From an uncultured virus (IMG/VR IMGVR_UViG_3300037010_002878) (Duplodnaviria; Heunggongvirae; Uroviricota; Caudoviricetes): DNA of 64,000 bases. A model generated the notes under the pieces. That model worked only from the letters and a program-made list of their open reading frames with translations. It did no database searches and was not told the origin of the DNA. The DNA lies in the IMG/VR virus record IMGVR_UViG_3300037010_002878, positions 1-64,000 of that record. One strand, written 5' to 3'. Shown piece after piece: positions 1 through 5,778 of this stretch; within the stretch, counting starts at the first letter, position 1; each line of letters begins with the position of its first letter. Position numbers and translations under genes: made by a program.

Positions 1-21
1 GGGGAATCAAATTCCCCTTTA
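1..21 (-). terminator. Intrinsic terminator-like hairpin downstream of Asn-rich leader ORF (3' tail cut off by window edge)
   Basis: Minus strand AAAGGGGAAT-TTG-ATTCCCC: 7-bp G/C-rich stem about 10 nt after the leader stop. Any U-tract would lie outside the window. Confidence 0.65.
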
Positions 22-29
22 AAGAAAAC

Positions 30-173
30 TTAGATTGAAGTGTTCTGTAAAGAAGAATTATTTAACCATTGTTGGCATTGCCCCAACCCAGCTAAATTTA
101 GTAGATTATTGCGGAGCACGTTATTACGATTTGCTGCGTTGATATTAACGATGTTGTTGTTTACGTTATACAT
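30..173 (-). CDS. 47-aa Asn-rich putative leader peptide (not in ORF track)
   Basis: Manual translation MYNVNNNIVNINAANRNNVLRNNLLNLAGLGQCQQWLNNSSLQNTSI*. RBS AAGGAG 7 nt upstream, promoter at 240-261. Confidence 0.7.
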   Translation of the reverse strand: MYNVNNNIVNINAANRNNVLRNNLLNLAGLGQCQQWLNNSSLQNTSI

Positions 174-239
174 TTACGTGCTCCTTATTTTTATTTTATT
201 TATTGTTTGAAAAATTACTTTTTCTTTTTATGTATATGT

Positions 240-261
240 ATTATAACACAATATACCTTAA
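240..261 (-). promoter_or_regulatory. Host-type sigma70 promoter TTAAG-N11-TATAAT (extended -10) driving Asn-rich leader
   Basis: Minus strand TTAAG gtatattgTGt TATAAT; the same motif recurs at 8 other sites. Confidence 0.7.
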
Positions 262-342
262 AGTTGGATTAAATTTATTAACTTTTGTGAAAGACTTTTC
301 ATTTAAGAAAATATTGCCCTTCATAAAAATTAATTAAAGGTT

Positions 343-419
343 TGTTGCTAGACGGAATTGCACTGTATCTGGAGTGTCCAATGTGCTCTCCTATTTTACT
401 ATTATAACTACAAGCAACA
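343..419 (-). pseudogene. Degenerate tRNA-like element
   Basis: Acceptor-like pairing TGTTGCT/AGCAACA, T-loop-like GTGCAATTC, imperfect central stem around TTGGA, no CCA. Confidence 0.3.
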
Positions 420-426
420 TATCAAA

Positions 427-510
427 TGGTGGGTATGGTTGGACTTGAACCAACAGTCAGAAAGAACGGTTTTACAGACCGCGCGGCTACCAATTACCGG
501 TTACACACCC
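427..510 (-). tRNA. trnY: tRNA-Tyr(GTA) copy 1
   Basis: Cloverleaf GGGTGTG/CATACCC, loop CTGTAAA, long variable arm, GTTCAAGTC T-loop, encoded CCA. Confidence 0.93.
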
Positions 511-667
511 ATATAAAACTTCATCTTGTGCAACATAGGAATGTGAACGTTGAACGTTATAGCCTCATTCCAAGCACATAAGCCTTGCAGAAGATATGAT
601 AGTTTCATCACTGCAATGACTTCAAAGTTTTAATAATAATATTCTAAAATGTCATTATTAAAACTTT

Positions 668-741
668 TGGTGCTCGTACCCAGAGTTGAACTGGGGTTAC
701 GCCGTTATAAGCGGGGCGCTCTACCATTAAGCTATACGAGC
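668..741 (-). tRNA. trnI: tRNA-Ile(TAT), rare AUA-reading anticodon
   Basis: GCTCGTA/TACGAGC acceptor, anticodon loop CT-TAT-AA, T-arm CCCAG-TTCAACT-CTGGG, ACCA end. Confidence 0.9.
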
Positions 742-783
742 ATATAAAATGTTTCGTATATCAGATATGTCTGTTTCCATCAT
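727..783 (-). CDS. Mini-ORF (17-18 aa) with three ATA codons, overlapping the 5' end of tRNA-Ile(TAT)
   Basis: AAGGAG-cat-ATG ATG GAA ACA GAC ATA TCT GAT ATA CGA AAC ATT TTA TAT GCT CGT ATA GCT TAA = MMETDISDIRNILYARIA*. Confidence 0.5.
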   Translation of the reverse strand: MMETDISDIRNILYARIA

Positions 784-874
784 ATGCTCCTTTTGTTTTT
801 TAATTACTTTTTATGTACAAATATTAAGAATATAATCCAACTTAAAGTTGGTATATTCAAAAAGAATTTCTAAA

Positions 875-1762
875 TCAATCGTACCATTTATCTCTTGTAC
901 TTGATACGATTAATATGTCTTTATCTAGCTTAAAACTTGTCTTATTATCGCCGAAAACTAGTTTTACTGCATACATTACATCATCTTCACCATATTTAGT
1001 TATTAGCTTTTTAAGGTTAAATTTAGTTGTTATATATGTACGTGTACCTGATACATATGGTGATGATGGAATTGAACTTGATGATGCATCAGAACTAATA
1101 GGTTTCAATTTTTTAAGTTCACGTATAATTTCCGTAGAAGATAATTCTTTAGAAAACACTTCTGAAAATTTTTCTTTAGCGTCTTTAAATGCTTTGAATT
1201 TATTATCAATATCATTTATTAGCGCATTTGCTATAACTCCATCAAAATTACCTTTTGCAAACACTTCCAATTCAGTAGAAGTTCCATTGTCAAAGATGAC
1301 TTTTCCATACACCCCTGATACATAAGTACTGTCCTTAACATTATTCCTTAAATTTTCTACTTTTTTAATTGATGTATATGCTTTCTTATCCAAAGCATTA
1401 ATAATCAAACCTTTTCTGAACGTTGATACGTACTCATTCCATTCAGGAATTTTATATGATTTTGATTCTTTTACATCAAGTGAGTTGTTGTTTTCGGTGT
1501 ATAATCTTACCAACACTTCCATATTATCTGTAATATATATAGATAGGATAAACGGAAGGTTATTAATCCTAACCTTAAAGTAAGTTACCCTTCCTTTGTT
1601 TTCTGTGAAATATATACCTGACCAATATCTATCACCTATCCAAGGATGTAAACTAACTTTGTCCTTGATACCCCACGCACTTTTATTACTGAAATTAACA
1701 TTTTTCAATGCATCATCGATAAATGTATTGCTCTCTTCAAATAGTTCTTTAAATTGCATCAT
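875..1762 (-). CDS. Hypothetical protein, possible internal head protein
   Basis: 295-aa ORF preceded by late promoter TATAAATA (1781-1788). N-terminus MMQFKELFEE resembles T4-type capsid-targeting sequences. Confidence 0.7.
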   Translation of the reverse strand: MMQFKELFEESNTFIDDALKNVNFSNKSAWGIKDKVSLHPWIGDRYWSGIYFTENKGRVTYFKVRINNLPFILSIYITDNMEVLVRLYTENNNSLDVKESKSYKIPEWNEYVSTFRKGLIINALDKKAYTSIKKVENLRNNVKDSTYVSGVYGKVIFDNGTSTELEVFAKGNFDGVIANALINDIDNKFKAFKDAKEKFSEVFSKELSSTEIIRELKKLKPISSDASSSSIPSSPYVSGTRTYITTKFNLKKLITKYGEDDVMYAVKLVFGDNKTSFKLDKDILIVSSTRDKWYD

Positions 1763-1797
1763 TATCCCTAATTTTATGATTATTTATAATTAGGCCT

Positions 1798-1873
1798 TGG
1801 TTGCTGTTGCAGGAGTTGAACCTGCTGTCTCTGGGTTATGAGCCCAGCGGCGAAACCGTTTGCCCCTACAGCT
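1798..1873 (-). tRNA. trnM: tRNA-Met(CAT), initiator-like
   Basis: Loop CT-CAT-AA, three G-C pairs in anticodon stem (CTGGG/CCCAG), 1:72 mismatch, CCA. Confidence 0.88.
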
Positions 1874-1885
1874 ATATAAAATTTT

Positions 1886-1960
1886 TGGTCCTCGATGATT
1901 GAATCGAACAATCATTTTGCGATTATCGGTCGCATGTACTAACCGTTGTACGAATCGAGG
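1886..1960 (-). tRNA. trnI: tRNA-Ile(GAT) copy 1
   Basis: Stem TGCGA/TCGCA, loop CC-GAT-AA (C33), CCTCGAT/ATCGAGG acceptor, ACCA. Confidence 0.88.
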
Positions 1961-1965
1961 ATGAA

Positions 1966-2048
1966 TGGTGGTTAGGTGTGGTTTCGATCCACTCCCGTAA
2001 AGACAGGTTTTACAGACCTGTTGCCAGAGCCACTGGCTTTACCTAACC
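1966..2048 (-). tRNA. trnY: tRNA-Tyr(GTA) copy 2
   Basis: GGTTAGG/CCTAACC acceptor, CAGGT-CTGTAAA-ACCTG, long variable arm, ACCA. Confidence 0.9.
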
Positions 2049-2053
2049 ATATA

Positions 2054-2127
2054 TGGTGCCCAATGACTGAATCGAACAGTCGACAACTGATTACAAATCA
2101 GTTATTATACCTCTTAACTAATCGGGC
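2054..2127 (-). tRNA. trnT: tRNA-Thr(TGT)
   Basis: Loop TT-TGT-AA in ACTGA/TCAGT stem, GTTCGATTC T-loop, ACCA. Confidence 0.92.
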
Positions 2128-2139
2128 ATTTTATCTTTT

Positions 2140-2232
2140 TGGAGGGCAATGTCGGGTACGATCCGACAAGAGTTTTTTAGGCTCTGCTAGTTTTCAAGAC
2201 TAGTGCAATTATTCCATTTCTGCCAATTGCCC
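2140..2232 (-). tRNA. trnS: tRNA-Ser(TGA)
   Basis: Loop CT-TGA-AA in CTAGT/ACTAG stem, long variable arm, GGGCAAT/ATTGCCC acceptor, CCA. Confidence 0.88.
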
Positions 2233-2237
2233 ATGTT

Positions 2238-2311
2238 TGGTAGTTCTAGAAGGTACTGACCCTTCGTCTATCCCTTATCAAGGGATTACTCTGCCATTGA
2301 GCTATAGAACT
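2238..2311 (-). tRNA. trnI: tRNA-Ile(GAT) copy 2
   Basis: ATCCC-TTGATAA-GGGAT, AGTTCTA/TAGAACT acceptor, atypical T-loop GTCAGTA, ACCA. Confidence 0.87.
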
Positions 2312-2319
2312 ATTTGTTT

Positions 2320-2394
2320 TGGCGATCTTGAGGAATTTTGAAATCCCGACCCTTCCGCTGACAACGGAGCACTCTGCCTCTGAGCTACAAGATC
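2320..2394 (-). tRNA. trnD: tRNA-Asp(GTC) copy 1
   Basis: Loop TT-GTC-AG, GATCTTG/CAAGATC acceptor, G discriminator, CCA. Confidence 0.88.
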
Positions 2395-2405
2395 ATTTAA
2401 ATTAT

Positions 2406-2482
2406 TGGTGGAGAATACGGGTTACGCTCCCGTCTTCCTACGTTGCAAGCGTAGAGTAATCAACCTAATATACTAATTCCCC
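2406..2482 (-). tRNA. trnA: tRNA-Ala(TGC)
   Basis: Loop CT-TGC-AA, acceptor GGGGAAT/ATTCTCC with the G3:U70 Ala identity pair, ACCA. Confidence 0.92.
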
Positions 2483-2642
2483 ATTTTTAAATTTCATTTT
2501 TACGACCCTTAAGACAACCTAAATTTTTTCATATTCAGGAAAAGATTCTTTTTCTTTATTTTCTTATTTCAACATTGAATTATTAGTTTCCCATTTAAGG
2601 TACTTACAACGTTCGCTACGTGAAAGCTAATTCTTGAACGTC

Positions 2643-2714
2643 CGGTCCCACGGGGAATTGAACCCCGATCTCATGGCTGACAACCACATATAATAACCAC
2701 TATACGATGAGACC
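2643..2714 (-). tRNA. trnD: tRNA-Asp(GTC) copy 2 (no encoded CCA)
   Basis: Loop TT-GTC-AG, GGTCTCA/TGGGACC acceptor, CGGGG-TTCAATT-CCCCG T-arm, G73. Confidence 0.85.
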
Positions 2715-2726
2715 ATTTTAAATTTT

Positions 2727-2802
2727 TGGTAACACTAACGGGGCTCGAACCCGTAACATATCCTTGAAAGGGATATAAGATAACCTATTTCTCCATAGTG
2801 TC
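2727..2802 (-). tRNA. trnE: tRNA-Glu(TTC)
   Basis: TATCC-CTTTCAA-GGATA, GACACTA/TAGTGTT acceptor, ACCA. Confidence 0.9.
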
Positions 2803-2812
2803 ATTTAACAAT

Positions 2813-2901
2813 TGGTGGTCAGTCTTGGAGTCGAACCAAGAGTCCTTACGAAACCGGGTTACAGCCGGTGCACCTATCCAGTTAGTGTTGATTAACTGAC
2901 C
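2813..2901 (-). tRNA. trnY: tRNA-Tyr(GTA) copy 3
   Basis: ACCGG-CTGTAAC-CCGGT, GGTCAGT/ACTGACC acceptor, long variable arm, ACCA. Confidence 0.88.
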
Positions 2902-3030
2902 ATTCTTTGAGAAGTTTTAAGTAAACTCTCGTAAAAGACTGCTAATTCAGAACACAATAAACTCGCGTTATATTGTACTTAAAATGAAATAATTGATTGA
3001 ATTTGTCCGAATGGACTGAGGATTCATTCA

Positions 3031-3068
3031 ATGTCTTTCATTTCTGAAAGACATAAATGACTTTCAGA
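3031..3068 (-). promoter_or_regulatory. Mutually exclusive hairpins (putative attenuator) right after leader-peptide stop
   Basis: Minus strand TCTGAAAG (3068-3061) can pair with CTTTCAGA (3050-3043). This competes with the perfect 10-bp hairpin ATGTCTTTCA-GAAA-TGAAAGACAT (3054-3031). Confidence 0.6.
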
Positions 3069-3194
3069 TTAGATAATATCTGTCTCCGATGCAATCGCAT
3101 CCGTTTCAGAAATAGAGTAGGCATAGGTATAATCAGATGTGTTTACTGATGTATATGATATTACATTTACTGTTGAGTACATTGTGTAAATCAT
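3069..3194 (-). CDS. 41-aa putative leader peptide of the tRNA operon (not in ORF track)
   Basis: MIYTMYSTVNVISYTSVNTSDYTYAYSISETDAIASETDII*. RBS AGGAG 7 nt upstream, promoter at 3229-3250. Confidence 0.75.
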   Translation of the reverse strand: MIYTMYSTVNVISYTSVNTSDYTYAYSISETDAIASETDII

Positions 3195-3228
3195 TTTGTT
3201 TCTCCTATGTTTCTTTTTATATGTTGTT

Positions 3229-3250
3229 ATTATATCATATGTTACCTTAA
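3229..3250 (-). promoter_or_regulatory. Promoter TTAAG-N11-TATAAT for leader plus tRNA array
   Basis: Minus strand TTAAG gtaacataTGa TATAAT. Confidence 0.72.
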
Positions 3251-3285
3251 AATAACATTAAATGATACAAATCTTTTTCTTTTAT

Positions 3286-3672
3286 TTATTGTTTGAAAAA
3301 TACGTCCGTTGCAATTTTAGCATACAAATTATAGTTAAGATCTTTCAATTCCAATTGTTCAATAACGTCTAAGGCTTTATTCTTAGTAAGTGTTGGAAAC
3401 GACAAATCAATATTGTTTGCCAAATATTCTTTTATTTCTTCTAAAGAAATTGTAGCGCTGAACTTGCTTGTGTTTTCATTTACTTCTTCATTTAAACGTT
3501 CTAATACAAGTTCACGTCCTACTTTTTTTGAAAACATATCTTTGCTTGAGCAGACTGAACATGCCAGAAACAATGAATCATCATTGTACATCCATCCCAA
3601 GGTGACACCGCCTTTATTACCTTCAAATTGAAAGTGTTTAAATCTTGTATTATCCAATGTCGCTGTTAACAT
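3286..3672 (-). CDS. Hypothetical phage protein (CxxxDxFxKKxGR motif)
   Basis: 128-aa ORF with RBS AAGGA and own promoter (3702-3723). Confidence 0.75.
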   Translation of the reverse strand: MLTATLDNTRFKHFQFEGNKGGVTLGWMYNDDSLFLACSVCSSKDMFSKKVGRELVLERLNEEVNENTSKFSATISLEEIKEYLANNIDLSFPTLTKNKALDVIEQLELKDLNYNLYAKIATDVFFKQ

Positions 3673-3754
3673 TTTGTTTCCTTCTTATTTTAAATTATGT
3701 TATTATATCAGCACTTACCTTAAAATCTTATAAATAAAACAAAAAGGAGGGAGT

Positions 3755-4384
3755 ATGGCTTGGAACTTGAATAATAAAACCAATGAATATATATTACATC
3801 GAAACCAATCTAAAGAATTAATTGATATATATGGCGTCCAATTGAGTTATTTCAAGATAACCAATAAAGGCAAAAATACTGTTTTTCAAGAATATACATA
3901 CAAAGAATCTAATCCCAATAATGTTTTTTCAATTATGATGTATCCAGAGAATGTAGAAGCATTTGACAACGCTGGTGATTTATTTAGCAAGTTTGGTATG
4001 CAGATTACGGATACGATTAATTTGATTGTAAGCACAGAAACATTTAAAGACATATATGACTTAACCGATTTTAAAAATGCATTTCAATCAGTGGGAGATA
4101 TTATAAAAACTCCTAGAGGAAAATTATTTGAAGTAACAGGTGTTGAAGATGAAGTTCCCGGGTTGAGCAATATATTCACATCAAATAACGGAAAAAATGT
4201 ATTAATGTTAAAATGTAACATATACAATTATAAACCATCAGACAAGGTTCCAGAAATTGTAGATCCTAGTGAGTATGATTTTTCAAATTTAGATTCCGTC
4301 TTTAACGGTCAGAAAGAAGAACAAGAAGTAGAAACTACAACATATACAGCTCCTAGAGATTCTGTATTTGGAGATTTAGGATAA
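3755..4384 (+). CDS. gp14: Neck (head-tail connector) protein, T4 gp14-like
   Basis: Motifs ELIDIYG, GDLFSKFGMQITD, GDII..LFEVTGVE; late promoter TATAAATA at 3729-3736. Confidence 0.85.
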   Translation: MAWNLNNKTNEYILHRNQSKELIDIYGVQLSYFKITNKGKNTVFQEYTYKESNPNNVFSIMMYPENVEAFDNAGDLFSKFGMQITDTINLIVSTETFKDIYDLTDFKNAFQSVGDIIKTPRGKLFEVTGVEDEVPGLSNIFTSNNGKNVLMLKCNIYNYKPSDKVPEIVDPSEYDFSNLDSVFNGQKEEQEVETTTYTAPRDSVFGDLG

Positions 4385-4395
4385 GGAGATAAATA

Positions 4396-4725
4396 ATGAC
4401 TACAGTTTTAAATTCTACAATGGGTGTAACTAATTTTACATCTATTCCAACAGCACCTACAGCTACTAAAGGGGATAGTTCACTTAAATTAGCTACTACA
4501 GAATTCGTTATGAATGCTTTATCAGGCGTAAGTACAACTAAATACAAATTCGTAGCAACAGACGGACAAACTGTATTTAATGCTGGTGCAGTTTTAGTTG
4601 ACCCAATGGTTTATCTAAACGGTGTTCTTCAAACAAAAGATTTGAGTTATACATTCACACCTGGTGCAACATCAATAACCTTTTTAGATGCTAGGGTTCT
4701 TAACGAAACTGTAGTAATTGCATAA
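4396..4725 (+). CDS. Small tail-fibre-related protein
   Basis: PTAPTATKGDSSLKLATTEFV fibre repeat followed by an ATDGQTVF...VYLNGVLQ...SYT beta domain. Confidence 0.7.
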   Translation: MTTVLNSTMGVTNFTSIPTAPTATKGDSSLKLATTEFVMNALSGVSTTKYKFVATDGQTVFNAGAVLVDPMVYLNGVLQTKDLSYTFTPGATSITFLDARVLNETVVIA

Positions 4726-4734
4726 GGATTATTA

Positions 4735-5778
4735 ATGTATGAAAATTCAATAGTAGTAGTAAAAAATTGTACATCAACCGGCATAGATGTAATTCCTATT
4801 AATTCATTAATATTAAATAAAGATACTGGTGATATTTTTTTATTAACAAATAAAACAAACGTATCATCTACTACACAATTTTGTGATGTAGTAGGTAAAG
4901 TATTAATCGCTAGTCTTGTTATAAGTGGAGCATTGTTTTATGGCGGTAGTAATAATATAAATCTAAATTTAGCTACCATGCTATCAGCAACGGCTACATT
5001 AGTTCAAGCTGAAAAGAGTGTAGGTACAGCTAGATATGGATTAGCTGGAGCTAACGTAGGTACAAATGCTTTATTTTATGGTGGATATACTACAACATAT
5101 GTATCTACCACTACTTTATTATCACCAACAATTAATTTAGTACAATCAGAGACTAATGTAGGTACAGCTAGGGCTACCCCAGCTGGGGCTAAGGTTGGTA
5201 CAAATGCTTTATTTTACGGTGGTGCCGTTGATTCAAGCTATTATGGGGTAGATACCGTAACATTACTATCACCAACAGCTACATTAGTTCAAGCTGAAAC
5301 AAATCTTGGAACATCTATGTACTCATTAGCTGGAGCTAACGTAGGTACAAATGCTTTATTTTATGGTGGAGCTAATTATGGAAGCTATAATACAGCTTCT
5401 GTAGTATCTCCATTGGGCGTCTTAGTATCTCAGTCTACTAATATAGGTACAGCTAGATTTGGCCTAGCAGGAGCAAATGTTGGTACGAATGCTTTATTTT
5501 ATGGTGGAATACAAATCTGGCCCACTGTTCTCAATACAACTACTTTGTTATCACCGACGGCTGTTTTATTACAAGCTGAAACAAGTGTTGGATCAGTAAA
5601 ATGGTCAAATTCTGGAGTTAATGTTGGTACAAATGCCCTATTTTATGCTGGGTGTAATGATGCATCAACAACATTTATCAATACTACTACACTACTATCA
5701 CCTACCGCAACATTAGTACAGCCAGAGACTAATGTTGGAACATCAGGCCGTCATTACTTAGGAGGAGCATTAATATGA
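4735..5778 (+). CDS. Kelch-like beta-propeller repeat virion protein 1
   Basis: About six ~47-aa repeats ALFYGG-x-TTLLSPTATLVQAETNVGTARYGLAGANVGTN. Confidence 0.75.
   Translation: MYENSIVVVKNCTSTGIDVIPINSLILNKDTGDIFLLTNKTNVSSTTQFCDVVGKVLIASLVISGALFYGGSNNINLNLATMLSATATLVQAEKSVGTARYGLAGANVGTNALFYGGYTTTYVSTTTLLSPTINLVQSETNVGTARATPAGAKVGTNALFYGGAVDSSYYGVDTVTLLSPTATLVQAETNLGTSMYSLAGANVGTNALFYGGANYGSYNTASVVSPLGVLVSQSTNIGTARFGLAGANVGTNALFYGGIQIWPTVLNTTTLLSPTAVLLQAETSVGSVKWSNSGVNVGTNALFYAGCNDASTTFINTTTLLSPTATLVQPETNVGTSGRHYLGGALI

Noticed and set aside
501..608. 35-codon minus-strand ORF (MKLSYLLQ...MGV*) ending inside tRNA-Tyr copy 1
   Set aside because: Same geometry as the Ile mini-ORF, but there is no Shine-Dalgarno and no Tyr enrichment (2 of 35), so it is likely chance.
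820..850. TTTAAG upstream of the Ile mini-ORF as a promoter
   Set aside because: No TATAAT at the 10-11 nt spacing seen in the other copies.
915..1793. Plus-strand ORFs 915-1325 and 1596-1793, and similar S/I/L/F-rich antisense ORFs across the window (e.g. 11333, 14652, 38504, 56114)
   Set aside because: They are shadows of well-supported genes on the opposite strand.
1976..2203. 75-aa plus-strand ORF in the ORF track
   Set aside because: It is antisense to tRNA-Tyr, Thr and Ser genes and has no RBS.
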